Notes under the pieces: generated by a model
The model's database searches: none
What the model saw: the letters and a program-made list of their open reading frames with translations, nothing else
What the model was told of the DNA's origin: nothing
Shown: piece after piece, positions 25,591 to 39,190 of the stretch
Numbering within the stretch: position 1 is the stretch's first letter
How the letters are laid out: each line of letters begins with the position of its first letter
Source of the DNA: Cetorhinus maximus
Lineage: Eukaryota
Length of the DNA stretch: 64,000 nucleotides
NCBI RefSeq assembly: GCF_964194155.1
Contig: NC_135893.1
Span: forward strand, 22,320,001-22,384,000
Direction: 5' to 3'
Program-made: the position numbers and the translations under genes

Positions 25591-27839
25591 GATCTGCAGC
25601 AGCCCCCTGCCCCACTAAATGCTACAGGATAAGCACAACATTATGACCAGCAGCCCATCAATAAGTATACCCTACCCCAAACATCAGTAACAGCCCATGC
25701 ATAGCGGCATACTGGAATCCAGTCAAATTGGACAGTCTATCACAAGTCACAAACAACAGGCACTTGAAAAAGGAAAATCAGGGCTTGTGCAACAGAGAAT
25801 GTTTCAAGTAAACAAGATCAATGAATCAAAAGGAAGCTTTTCATGAACTGAGGAAATTGCATAAGACTATTGATCAAGTGGGGAGTATCGGCAATTCCTC
25901 CTTAATCATAACAGTCTTTGCAACCCACAAGTGGCTACCCTGTACTCCATAGATAATTCAAGCATGTCCATGATTGCTGTTTGATCAAACAGCAGTCTAA
26001 CAAATAAGCTTATACTTCTGGGAAACTGAGATTTGACACGGCTTGCTGTCTCCACTGAGAGAAAGTATGAAACAAAAACTAAGATGGTCATGTAAATGTC
26101 CTAGAAGGTACCTGAATAACACTGACAAAAAGGGGAAAATATATGTCGCTTTATTTGTGTCTTCTGAAGCAGTCTTAGAGAGATCAATATTAGGTCAACT
26201 GAAGCACTTGGAGAGTAAAATTATAATTAATCATTACAAAACTACTTTCTGAGCCAGTACTGAAGTAATCAGTACCAAACTCTACCTGGAAAAGGGAAAA
26301 TCAACTGTAGGGCACGGTTGATTGTAAGTTCCTGTGCTAGTCTCCAATTCAGACTACTCACCGACAAACTAATCTCAATGGTGGTTAATTAAATAGGTTA
26401 CATTCTAAAATGGTTCTCCTCAAGATAATAAATGGCAGCTCAGGCTTGCAAGTGGTGAAAGAGGAATGAGCAATCAGGGCTGCAAAAATAAATAAATAAA
26501 ATTAGGCTGAATATTCACCCATTTTTGGACGTAGGACATTTTATCATCTGTAACATTTAGCATCAATGCTGTCAGACACAGAATGTGGACAAAAAATAAA
26601 AATCCCTCTCCCCCAACACCCAAAACACCTATGCTTTTATTTCTAGGTAATCCCACTTAAGGAGAATTATTTTAGATACCAGAATGCTTCAGACGATTGA
26701 TCGCAGAATTATCCTTCGGGAACTGTGGAAATGCAGTAGCAAAGCCTGTTTCAATTTTCACCATTAATATTAAAAACCTAACATACAGGGTCACACAGAC
26801 TAATCTCAGTAACAGCTCTAATATTTATATGTCAGCCAGGTTCCAACTCTTACATGCTCAATTTCCATTATATAGCAATATATTCCCTTAAACACTGCCC
26901 ACATGAGCAAAATATGATTATAAAATATAACTGCCCTACAGTTGACTTTACTGTGATCTTGTTCCCAAGTCAAACTCCCTCACAGTTACACAATAAGGCT
27001 AAATTGGCAAAAATAACCAAGAATTGTGTTTTGTTTAGAATGCCAACAGTATTTTGTGTCATGAAAGAAATACATACATGAGAAGCAATACAAATAATTT
27101 AACTACTGAATACTTTGATCACTTAAACAATTTCCCTAAATATGTAGCCACATGTTGTTTGGAAATAAGTTCTAAATTTTCAAGTATACCAATTGATGCT
27201 TTTCAGTATGGTGCAGATGCTGGAATGGTTTGAAATAATTTGAGAACATGAAAAGGTTCAAAAGCAAAAGTATAAAGCAAGCTTCAAAGACCAGCAGCAA
27301 CGAGTAACTGAAGAGTAGACTCTAATCATCATTTTATGGTCATGTATCTAGCTAAACAAGGGGTTCTCTAGCAATCCCAGGGAAGGTGGCTGCTCGGCAT
27401 ACCGGGATACGAATGGGGTATGAAAACTGGTCAGAATTTCAGTACAAATAAAACGTCAAGAACACCAGTAGTCCCAACTTATCACTGCCCCACAGAACAT
27501 CTGACATGGAGGAAGGTTAAGCAAGGTTTAAGTACAGTTCACCAAAACCACTTCCCTTAAAAATTAGGGGAAAAGCCTAGACTATTTTAAATAATGACTA
27601 AACTGAAGGGGCACTTTAAGACATTACTTTACCTGAAACTAACAAACTCCCTTAATAGTTCATATTTTATACTTCAATTCAAGATTTATAGATCAAAAGC
27701 ACATACCTCAAATGACTGAACAATGCTATGTTTTGTTCAATTTTTTTGTCTAGTTAAATTGCATTTCTGTGGAATTTCATAACCAAGTAGAACATGAAAC
27801 ATTCACCCACTTTAGGATGCAGGACATTTTACCATCTGT

Positions 27840-27980
27840 AACACTGCGAATCTTGGAAATTTGAAATTTTAAAAATCTGCTCTAAAGACTCATATGGGCT
27901 AGAAACGTTAACTCTGTTTATCTCTCCACAGATGCTGCCAGATCTGCTGAGTTTTTTTCCAGCATTTTCTGTTTTTATTA
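27840..27980 (+). mobile_element. Penelope terminal repeat fragment
   Basis: GAAACGTTAACTCTGTTTATCTCTCCACAGATGCTGCCAGATCTGCTGAG matches terminus at 43002-43138. Confidence 0.75.
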
Positions 27981-28200
27981 TAATATGAAACATATGTACA
28001 TCAACAGACTTAGCAAGCACTGTCTATTTTGCTCTGTGGGTCCCAGACCCAGTAGAAATTGGATATAGACTACCAAAGTTAATCCCCCATCTGTTCCCAC
28101 CCATTTTCCTAAATAAATCCTAGTTGTTTATGGTGGGGGGGGATGGGGAAGAGAGAAGTGTAAACGGAAACAGGCACACACAGACACAGAACAAGAGCAA

Positions 28201-28294
28201 AAATAAAAATAAAAATACCTGGAAAAACTCAGCAGGTCTGGCAGCATCTGCAGAGAGGAACACAGTTAACGCTTTGAGTCTGCATGATTCTTCA
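28201..28294 (-). mobile_element. Solo Penelope terminal repeat
   Basis: Terminus motif flanked by direct repeat ACAGAACAAGAGCAA 28186-28200 / 28295-28309. Confidence 0.8.
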
Positions 28295-31200
28295 ACAGAA
28301 CAAGAGCAATTGTGTGCGAGTTATTGGGAGAGATCTAATGGCCAGCATGAACATACAGCTTAACATCAACTTGCATTTATATAGCACCTTTAGTATAATA
28401 AAACATCATAAGGGTCTCTATTGGAGCAATATCAAACAAAAATTGACAGCTTAGGACAGACTGAGATAGAACAAGCTAATGTAAGAAGGGGTAATGAAGA
28501 GCCTCCATGAATAAAAGTGAGAACTGAAAGCAACCGACAGCTTGCCAGGGGGGAGAGTGGGGGGTGCCGGAGAAAACACGCAAAGTGCAGGATGCAGGGT
28601 TGGGGGGTGGGGGGGTGGTAATGAGAAAGAGATCACCTAGAGTGAGGGGCAACAGCTAGAGCAGGGCAAGGAAGAGGACCAGCACAGAGCAAGGCAGAAA
28701 GGAACAGTCCAGAACAGGAGCAAATGGGACGGCGGGGCAAGAGGAGAGGGCAATGATCCAGTGAAGGCAGGTGGGGTAGAAAGAATGATTGACAGCAAGC
28801 TTGGAAGGAGAAGCAGAGAAGTAATTGTGCAGTAAGGTTAGAGATAAAGAAACAACCTAGTGCAGGAGAGAAAGGGGAGCAAAAAAGGAGAGGATGGTGA
28901 CCAAAAGCGGGGTGGGGGACAACAGAGGATGGAAGAGACAAAGACAGAAGATGGCAATAGGAATAAGGGACAGGAACAGTGAGAGAGTTAGGAAGAGAGA
29001 GGGAGAGAGGGCATGAGCGAACAAGCGAAAGAATTAGGATTTCTACAATAGATTCTTTTGTTCACTTGTTTAACAGTCATTAACCCCAGAGTTTGCTGTA
29101 AGCACATTAACTAGCATGTTAAATAGAGCATGAAGAAATTTTAACCACTAAGTCAAAGGGTTTATGAAAGTGTTAACTCCAATAAATCTCCATTCCTTTA
29201 TGACATGATTTTAAACTAAGCATATAGTATGGATGGATTTGGACCTCAATTTCATTGCTCTTGGTAAGTCAACTTTCCAAAGTAAACTCTTGTCAAGTAT
29301 AGCTAAAAATTGCAGCTTCAGAAAAATGCACCAGATACTACCACAGCTACCAAGTCAACAAGGAAACTGGGTCAGTGATCAAGCAACATGTTTGAGATAA
29401 GCACTCTCTTGCTCTCCTTTCACTCCATTTTTGCTAACATTGGTGAGTTTTATTTACATAATTAATCCTATTTCTTTCTTTCTGAAGATTGGCCTTCCTG
29501 CAGGCTATGGCACACTCTCAAAATTACCTACAATATCCGATCTAGCTGTTTCCTTCTAAATGGAGATTTTGACATACATTTTCCTGAAAACAATGCCAAT
29601 TTAATTAATATTGACTAACATCACGGCTGGTATACTTAAATTATCAGTCTGCCTCTGTACTCACATCTTCAAGCACGGGGTATAAACTGAACATGCTGAC
29701 CATTATGCTACCTCAGTACCACAAGTAGTGTGCAGCCCAAATAATTCAGCCCCGCTTGTAGAATACAGCTGAAGCCCAAATCTAATGACCTGGCAGTCAC
29801 GGAAACTTTTGACCCATTTCACTGCACGAAGTTGCCAGATGGCTCTTGGGATTTAAATTGTTTTTATAATTTGATACTGATTGATGGAAACAAGTATCAC
29901 ATTAAATTAAATAGTACACGAGCAATTAGCTTGGCCAATAGACTTAAATGTAAAAGTGGTTTCAGAATGGAACAGAAGTCTTATTGTGCTCCAAAACATT
30001 AATATGCCGTTAAGCGCTCCCACAATATCTGTATTATTTATGAAGTGCACTAATGGTAGTTGATGCCGTGGATCAGATTCTATTGGGACTAGATGGAGGA
30101 TGCCAAAACTCATTTAAAGTGTGACCTTTATAACCCTTCAGTAAGAGGTGGCCTTCATTATCCATTCCCAGACTGAATTTGAGCTTGCAGCTTCAAACCA
30201 ACAGTGTGCTTTATTAAGGTATTTTAATATCAATTTGAGTGCTCCAATTTAGGCTCTTAACAGTAAAGAATACAACCTTAAAAGCAAATTTGTTTTCTAC
30301 ATGGAGCTTCAACTGATGTAAAGTAGACAAGATTTTACTGATCTCTTCAAAAATGAAAAAATGATTTCTCTGAATAGAAAGGTTAATGGTTTAATAAAGG
30401 TAATCATGCTAAAATTAATCCAGCAGTCCTTTTATATTCAGCCATACAGATATAGAGTACATTGTCTTGCTGCATCTGCCTTTGTTGTAGCAATCTGAAA
30501 TGGTAATTTATAGAGTTTTAGTAACTGCAAACAGACAACCTTGTTTTCATATTTATTTGGTATTTTCTTGATTTGTAAATGCCATCTGCATAAAATTATA
30601 AGAAGTGCAATGACCTATCCAGGCTATGAGATCACACAAACATTACTGACTAGCTTCAGACAAAATGTATTTTCTTCCCTTCGCAGGTTTCCCTCTCCCT
30701 AGTCCCCACAAAATTTCCTCTGCCTGATGTGTCTTTCTTCATGCCCAGGCTGGCAATGCCATCTGTAATTAGCCTGAGACCAGGAACCACCCTGGCATGG
30801 CTGCCTTCTGATCTTCCGCCTCGCTTCCAGGGAGATGCCACAGACCACGCACTCAACATTACTCAGATTAGAGAGTCAAAATTACATCCATTCCCACTTC
30901 ATGACATGCACAGAGTGACAGCATCAATTCTAAGACTTCTATTTCTACTGCCTCCACAGCAGAGCCAAATTGCCAACAGGTAACAGTTAACTGCTATTAA
31001 GTAGTAAAAAAACAATTATTTTACTTAGCTAGAATTCACAAGTAGTTTATTAGAAGTTACTTTTTTAAGAAAGACAATGGGCTGAATTAAAAATGTCATG
31101 CAGAACATGTTGCCAAATGATTTTCCAGGAAATCACCTGGTTACATTGATGAATAGATTTAAACAACGAATGGGATTAAGGTTCCCCCCTTAGTAAAATG

Positions 31201-31679
31201 AGTTTGGTTTTCAGTCACACTTGGCACCGAAGTAGTACACATAACTCAGGACGACAGTTCCAACAATAAAACATTCTCTCAGCACAACACAAGGGTGGCA
31301 ATTTTGATTGCCAGAGCCAAAATCCAATTTATGGTGTGCAAGCCCACATTCCTTTGATGCCAAGGCAACAATTCTTAACTTAGCACATCGCAGACTCGAT
31401 ATATAATTCCAGCCATCTTGGAGCATTATCAGCAATTGTGGCAAGCCAACAGATAGAGCAGCTTTGGTGGGAGCTGAAAGTAGGGCATGTGATCTTACAC
31501 AAGAAAAAGAGCAAAATATATTTAACGGTGTGGAGCTACAAAATACTCCCCTCTGAGGGAGTGGGGTGGGGGTGGAAGAGAGATAAATGCTGAATGGAAT
31601 TATGCACTAGTGCCTGAATAAAGGAGTACAATATTAACAGTGAAGAACTTTCTCATTATCATATATATATACATGCCTC

Positions 31680-32480
31680 CCAATGATCTATATAAATGAC
31701 TTGGATGAAAGGACCGAACATATGGTTGCTAAATTTGCTGATGACATATAGATAGATAGGAGATTAAGTTGTGATGAGTACATTAGGACTCTGCAAAGGG
31801 ATTATAGACAGGTTAAGTGAGTGGGCAAAAAATTGGCAAATGAAGTATAATGTGGGAAATTGTGAACTTGTCCACTATGGCAGGAAAAATAGAAAACATT
31901 ATTTAAATAGAGAGAGATTCCAGATCCCTCTGTACTGCAGAGATCTGCGTGTCCTGGTACATGATTCACAAAAAGTTATTACGCATGTACAGCAAGTGAC
32001 TAGGAAGGCAAATGGGATTTTGTAGTTTATTACAAGGGGAATAAAATATAAAAGTAGTGAAGTTTTGCTACAGTTGTACAAGGCATTGGTGAGACCACAT
32101 CTGGAGTAATGTGTACAGTTTTGGTTTCCTTATTTAAGAAAGGATATAATTGCATTAAAAGTGCAGAGAAGATTTACTCAACTGATTCCTGGGATGAAGG
32201 GATTGTCTTGTGAGGAAAGGGTGGGACTGTATCCATTGGAGTTTAAAAGAATGAGAGGTGATCTTATTGAAACAAACAAGATACTGACGGAACTCGACAG
32301 GGTGGATGCTGAAAGGATGTTTCTCCTTATGGGAGAGGCAAGAACCAGGGGGTACAATTTAAAAATAAGGGGTCTCCCATTTAAGATGAAGAGGAGGAGA
32401 ATATTTTTTCTCTGAGGGTCGTTAGTCTGTGGAATTCTATTTCCCAGCGAGCAGTGAAGGGTCATTGAATATGTTTAAGG
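31680..32480 (+). mobile_element. CR1-type LINE fragment
   Basis: ORFs IDRLSEWAKNWQMKYNVGNC and GLYPLEFKRMRGDLIET. Confidence 0.88.
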
Positions 32481-33269
32481 TCTCACTCCAGGAGGAGCAA
32501 ATTTGTTTTTCACCTTTACATTGCAGGTAAGTGATACATAGGGCTTGAAGAAACACAAGTCACTTCACTTACTGTAACAAGAAGAGCTATATTTTGAATC
32601 CAGACAATAGACACTATCAAAATATTTGGTTTCAAGGATTTAAGGAAAATAAAGTTAGGACATTTTCCTATACATGGTTCCAAAACATAAAGCACAGTAA
32701 ACTGGTGTTGTGAAGTGTTATACCAAGCTGTGAAAGACTAAGGAATTTCATTGCAACAATTTTGCAACACTGAAATCTGTTGAGAGAATCCTCGCCAACC
32801 ACAGCTTCACAACTGTCTTTCTGCTGCTTTTTCACTCTTTCTTCCCTAAAGGTGCTAACTGTTGCTGGGCACAGTGCCACAGGCACCGAATGCCCTCTAT
32901 TGCTTCATCCACGTGGCGTTATTGTTGCATGTGAATAAACAACAGGCTACTCAGCAACAAAGGTCATAATTTTGAACCCAATCTTTTCATCTACACAAGT
33001 GCACCATCTACCAGGGTCACTGTTAAGCCATCAGGAATAAAGATTACTGTGTCTATGTGAACTAAAAAGTACTACCTAGCAGTAAACTGTAATTATATAT
33101 TTCATTCTTCCAGAATTAGCTGTGTAAGGAGACAGTACTTCTGAGTTAGGGCAAAGTACACGTGTGAGCAATTTGAGATGATAAATTATCACGCACAAAA
33201 GTGCAGAACCACATTAAAAGAAAATGTATAATTTTACCTGAAGTGTATTATTACTGATAGACTAAATAA

Positions 33270-33610
33270 GCCTGGTGAAAACTAGGTCATTGTACTCAAC
33301 CATACAAACCAGAAGATCCCAAGCTTGGCTTCCAGTTGGTGCAGTTAACCGATTTCAGCAAAGACACCAAGAGAGGCCCAGGACAGGCTATAATTATCCT
33401 TGAGGGAAAGGAGAATCACTTAGAACTCTTGCTTCCGATTACTTATCAATGACCCATGCTGGGTGTTGGGCGAGGGTAGGATCAAGTTCAATCATGGACT
33501 GTTCATACTTGGCTCACACATGAAGAATCCTGTGGATGGCACAGGAGGACTGCTAGCACCTTGTGAATCGCACCCCAGCATGAGTCAATACCTTCAGGTG
33601 AGGGGAAAAG
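33270..33610 (+). mobile_element. Ancient tRNA-derived SINE (AmnSINE2-like)
   Basis: CCATACAAACCAGAAGATCCCAAG...GGCTCACACATGAAGAAT...ACCCCAGCATGAGTCA; related pieces at ~21440-21690, ~20220-20560, ~34150-34420, ~42000-42130, ~53510-53650; family name from memory. Confidence 0.5.
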
Positions 33611-34439
33611 TGGGGGAAATTCATTTAAAACATTTTTAACACTACATGCTGCAACATCACCTCCCAATAACCGCATGACCAAGAAATCTGTTTCCAAGTC
33701 TCTGATTATTTTTGTACCAGCTGCAAACCACATTGACAAACATAATTAACTAAATATAAGTTGCATTTCTAAATGTCATCCAATAAAGTTTGAAACTAAA
33801 ACAACAAGCTGACACAGCATTAATGCCAGCATAATAGCTCCCTTTAAAATTAGCAGGAGCTGGTACTGGTGTACTGTATAATATTTTGGTTATAGCTTCA
33901 CTCTGATACACAACACGCACGCTATTATTTGGCTCATGTGATTTTAGAACAAGAAAGGTGTTTTTACCTCCCTTCATGGTTTAAAACAACTATTTTTTAC
34001 AAATATTTAATAATTTTTGTTTGCAAGTCAAAGCATTGCATCACAGCAGATTCACACAGCTGAACTCAAGCAAGAAAATCTAAGTACAGTACATTCATCA
34101 TCTGCCACCAATTGTCACACAGTCTTGGTGCCAATTTCTCTCCTCCATTCCTGAAAGTGGTTTCCTGCTGGGGTTATTCCACACGTACCTTCCATAGTTT
34201 AACCAAGGCGGTCATTATCCACATTTGAATCAAACGAAGTACCAGTAGGCTATCCAACACTGGAGGTATTATACTGAACCGAATCTAGTCCCTGCCTGAC
34301 GTCCACACTAACAAACACACAAAGGTAGATATTAGGAACCTGTAGCTGATACCCTCTGTAGCTTAGGGACACCAAAAGCAAGGGTAGACCCTGACTGAGA
34401 TCAGCCAGGTAGCTCAAAGGCCTGTGAACCGGCTACATA

Positions 34440-36010
34440 GAAATTACAACATGGAAGCAGCTCGTTCAGCTAAACAAGTTCATATTCCCATTTATCCTCC
34501 ACATATGAAGCAGTCTCAATCTCTTGAGCCAGCACTGCTCCTGTACCCCTTTAACCCCTTTCCTTCAACCAACTATCTAGCCTACCCTCAACAGTTGGTC
34601 TTGCTTCAATCACTCTGGAAGTACATTGCACAGCCTCACAAGCCGGTGTTAGGTAAAAGTTTTTCCTGCTTTCTACCCTAAAGCTCTTACATTCAATTTT
34701 AAATCTATGTCATTTCATTCCAGACCCTTCAATCACCAAAAACACATACTTTTCTATCTGCTCTGCCTCATCACTTCATGATTTTAAACACCGCTATCAA
34801 ATTACCCCTTAATCTCCTCTGCTCTAAAGAAAACAGCCGCCATTTTTCAAGTCTTCCTTCATTCCTCATTCCAGAAGGTATCCTCGTTAATCTGCAATGT
34901 AATATCTCATTTGCCCCTACATCCTTAGTGTAAAACTGAGAACTGCACACAGTAACTGTGCTGTTACTAAGGCTTTATATAGATTCACCATTACACATTG
35001 ACATGTTCTAGACCAATTATCAAAAGCCCACTATTCTAACTTTTCTAATGGCCTTAAACCACTTGAGTGCTGTTTAATGCCTTGTGCACTTGAATCCCCT
35101 TTTCCACATCACCTAACTTTTCCCCCTCCAAAGTATATTCATTTTTTTTTAACCAAATCAGATTACTGACATTGAATTACATATGAACTAAAAGCAGGAG
35201 TAGGCCACTCAGCCCTTCAAGCCTTCTCCGCCCTTCAATAAGATCATGGCTGATCTGATTGTAACCTCCCGCCTACCCACGATAACCTTTCAACCCTTGC
35301 TTATCAAGAATCTATCTACCTCTGCCTTATAAACGTTCAAAGACACTTTTTCCAGTGCCTTTTGGAAGAAGAGTTCCAAAGGCTCACGATCTTCAGAGAA
35401 AAAAATTCTCATCTGTCTTATATGAGCAACCCCTTATTTTTAAACTGTGACCCCTAGTTCTATAGTCTCCCACAAGAGGAAACATCCTCTCCACATCCAC
35501 TCTGTCAAGACCCCTCAGGATCTTAAAGGTTTTGATCAAGTCACCTCTTACTCTTCTAAGTTCCACTAGATACAAGCCTAACCTGTCCAACCATTCCTCA
35601 TAAGACAACCTGCCCATTCCAGGTTACTAGTCTAGTAAACCTTCTCTGAACTGCTTCTAATGCAATTATATCTTTCCTTAAATAAGGAGACCAGTATTGT
35701 ACACAATACTCTGTGTGGACTCACCAGTGCCCTGTACAACTGAAGCATAACCTCCCTAATTTTGTATTCAATTACCCTCTCAATAAATGATAACATTCTA
35801 TTAACTTTCCTAATTACTTACTGTACCTGCATACTAGCCTCTTGTGATTCATGCACTAGGGCACCCAGTTCTCTCTGAATCTCAGAGCTCTGCAATCTCT
35901 CATCATTTAGATAATATGCTTTTTTATTCTTCCTGCCAAAATGGACAATTCCACATTTGCCCACATTATACTCCATTTGCCAGGTCTTTGGCCACTCACT
36001 TAACATGTGT
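34440..36010 (-). mobile_element. Two adjacent CR1-type LINE 3' fragments
   Basis: ORFs [33 protein letters not shown] and WQMEYNVGKC; two 3' tails near 34440 and 35190. Confidence 0.8.
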
Positions 36011-36429
36011 CATTTTGTAGCCTCATGTGCTCCTCACCAATTTTTTTCCCATTCTTCTCAGCATCCACTTTCAGCTTCCTGCAATTCTCAAAATGATTTG
36101 CTATAACTCTTATACCAGTATTATCTGAAACTTTGGACAACATATTCTCCAGCCCAGGGCTCCCCAAACTGTGGCAAGAGGAGATTTGGGGGTCACGAGC
36201 TCTGAGGCAGCAATGGCTGCCACAGAGCTTGAACTGAATGCCAACAGCTGTGAGGCCCCTTTAAATCCATGCTTCTATTTTGATGGTGGGCATGGCTTAA
36301 TGTAGGCTCTCTGGAGCCCGACTGCTGTTGCAAAACAAGCCTGTGAAAGGAAGGTATTTGGTTTTTTTTAAAGAAGAAACCCTGTCTTTTTATCAATTCC
36401 CACAACGCTCAACTCCCCTTATATAATAT

Positions 36430-36553
36430 GAAGGCAAAATGCTGCGGATGCTGGAAATCTGAAACAAAAGCAAAAAATGCTGGAAAAACTCAGGTCTGAG
36501 AGCATCTGTGGAGAGAAAGACAGAGTTAACGTTTTGAGTCCATATGACTCTTC
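36430..36553 (-). mobile_element. Solo Penelope terminal repeat
   Basis: Close match to 43002-43130; followed by a short degenerate tandem (CAACTCAAGCTT..CCCC). Confidence 0.8.
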
Positions 36554-37129
36554 CTCAAGCTCAACAACTCAAGCTTACCCCGCTCAGCAACTCAAGCTTC
36601 CCCCCTTCAGCAACTGAAGTTCCCCCACCCCCACAACCTCCCTGGCATCATACAAAATCTGAGGCATTAAAATGGGGGTTACTCCAGAAAAAAGCACTAA
36701 ATCCACCCTAAATCCAAATCACTGATGAACAGTAAACTCTACTGACCAGAATCCTATGTGACACCGCTATCCATTTCCAATCATTGAGAAAGTGACTTTA
36801 ATTATAGTTTTGTTTTCTACCTTCTAATTACTTTAATCCAATTTACAGCCTTCCCATTAATTCCATAGCCACTAATCTTCTCCAGTATCAGGTTTGGTAC
36901 CTTTCTGAAAGTCTATGTATACCACATCTACTGTATTTTCCTCATCCACTATATCCATTGCTTTCTTGAAAGAATGCCATCAGATTCATCACGCAATCCT
37001 TCCCTTCTGAATGCCATGTTAAAGATTCTAATTATTTCCTCTTCATCTATATATGGTTTAGTAATACACAGGGTACTGTGTCTACTCATTGGGTCACCAG
37101 TGTAGCTTCACAATCTTTCTAATGTCAGA

Positions 37130-37720
37130 TTGCCTCTGCTGGTAGCACCTCTCATCTGTAAGTCAGAGGTGCTGGGTTCAAGCCCCACTTCAGAATCTCA
37201 GCATGTAATCTATAACCCTAGCTCAGTACAGTGCTGAAATAATGCTTTATTGTTGGAAATGTCACCTTCCACAACAGGCATTAAAATCACGGCCTGTGCA
37301 CCTGTTGAGATGAAAAAAGGACATGTACCTATGCAGTGCCTTTCAAAACGTTTGAATATCCCACAGCGCTTTACAGCCAATGAAGTACTTTTTGAAGTGT
37401 AGTCACTCTCGTAATGTCAGAAACACAACTGCCAATTTGCACACAGCAAGCACTTACAAACAGCTATGTGGTAATGACATTGATTGAGGCTTAAATACTG
37501 GTCATGACATCAGGGATAACTCCACTGAGATGGTGCCATGGGATATTTTACATCCACCTGAAAGCAGACGAGGCATAATTTTAACCTCTCATTCAAAGAC
37601 AGCACTTTCAACAGTGCAGCACTCTCTCAGTACCGCACTGGAGAGTTTGCCTGGATTTAGATTTTTAGGACTTGAACCGACAACTTTCTGAATCAGGTGA
37701 GCGCGCTACCAACTGAGCCA
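37130..37720. mobile_element. Two Deu-domain SINE copies in opposite orientation
   Basis: tRNA-like head TGGTAGCAC...GGGTTCAAGCCCCAC (+, 37139-37190) and near-full inverted copy 37320-37720. Confidence 0.7.
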
Positions 37721-37849
37721 CAGAAATGTAAAAAGATCCAATGGCAATTTTTTTTGAAGAATGGCAGTGAGATTGCTTGGTTGGGCCTAGGACACTACCC
37801 TGAAGAACTACTGCAAGATGAAAAAGCTTTGACAAAAAAATCTCTTTTT

Positions 37850-38130
37850 ATCAGCAATATCCCCACATCCCTTGTCATTGGTATCCAGAAATCTATCTAT
37901 TTTGGTCAGGAACATGCTCAATGATTGAGCTTCTACAGCTCTCTGGGATAGAGAAGTCCAAAGATTCACCACCCTTTCAGTGAAGAAATTCCTCCTCATC
38001 TCAAGTCTTAAATGGTTTACTCCTTATTCCGAGACTGTCTCTTCTGGCTCTAGACAACAGCCAGAGAAAACATCCTATCTACGTCTACCCTGAATTTTGT
38101 AAGTTTCAATGAGGTCACTTCTCATTCTCC
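37850..38130 (-). mobile_element. CR1-type LINE fragment
   Basis: ORF MRRNFFTERVVNLWTSLSQRAVEA. Confidence 0.75.
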
Positions 38131-38659
38131 TAGCTGTCTTCCACTCTCCATGGAGCAGCATCTAAGCAAAGATAGGTGGAAGTAGGTGGGATAGATGGTT
38201 AGATGGAGTAATATTTTCTATTTCCTATGCTGTTTCAGTCAGTTTTCACTCCTTTAAGAGTCTTGTCTAAAAGATTTGGCATTTTTCATGGAGAAAGTGA
38301 AACTTGTTACATTTACAACCTGGGTTTTACATTTGTCAAACAATCTAAATTCTGAGATTCATGGATAACAAGCTGATCTAATATGTCCTTATTCCATGAC
38401 AAATACTTATCCAACACACCCCCAGTGGTTAGTTTTACTTCACATGCAATGCCAGAGATCAACATGTTTTCTCAATAGATTTATTATTGTAGCAAATCAA
38501 GTACAAAGTTCACTCAACACACAATCATTCAGCAGTTTGCATGATGCAACTGGTGTATTTCCACAACATCCTAGCATGATTTATGAACTTCGAGAAATAG
38601 AAATATATCAACAAACTACATTTATATAATTCCTACAATGTCAGAAAAAGACTTCATAA

Positions 38660-39190
38660 ATAAACAAGCCGAAGAGGTTAGAGAGGTGACCAGAAGTTTG
38701 CTTGAAGAGTTGTTTTAAGGAGGGTCATAAAACAAGAAAGGGGAGAGGCAGTAGGTTTACAGAAGACCACGAAGCAGGGGCTAGGCAGCTAAAGGTAAGG
38801 CCACCAACAGTGGAATCAAGGGAGTGGGGAACGTACAAGAGACCAGAGTCATTGGAGTAGAGCGTTTGGCTGGAGAGGCTATACAGATAGCGAAAGGAAC
38901 AATCTTAAAGGGGTTTAAACACAAGAATGAATTTTCTATTTGAAGCCTTGGAACACTGGGAACCAAAGCCAGTCAGCAAGGACGGGGTTAATGCATAATC
39001 ATGATTTGGTGCAGGATAGGATACAGAGGGAACAGAGTTTTAGATGAACTAAAGTTTGCACAGGATGGGAGATGGGCCAACCAGGAGACTGTTCGAAGTT
39101 CAGTATGGAGGTAGCTAAGGCATGAACGAGGGTTTCAGCAACAGAAATCATGAGGTTGGGCAGAGGTGAATGATGTTACGGAGGTAACAA
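38660..39190 (-). mobile_element. Old L2-like LINE 3' fragment
   Basis: Similarity to 10740-11200 and 41250-41500. Confidence 0.5.

Noticed and set aside
28540-29030. Strongly purine-rich + strand stretch with - strand ORFs
   Set aside because: Low-complexity GA-rich sequence without periodicity or coding signature.
37139-37195. tRNA-like A/B boxes (also ~40525-40595)
   Set aside because: No complete cloverleaf; these are SINE heads followed by SINE body sequence.
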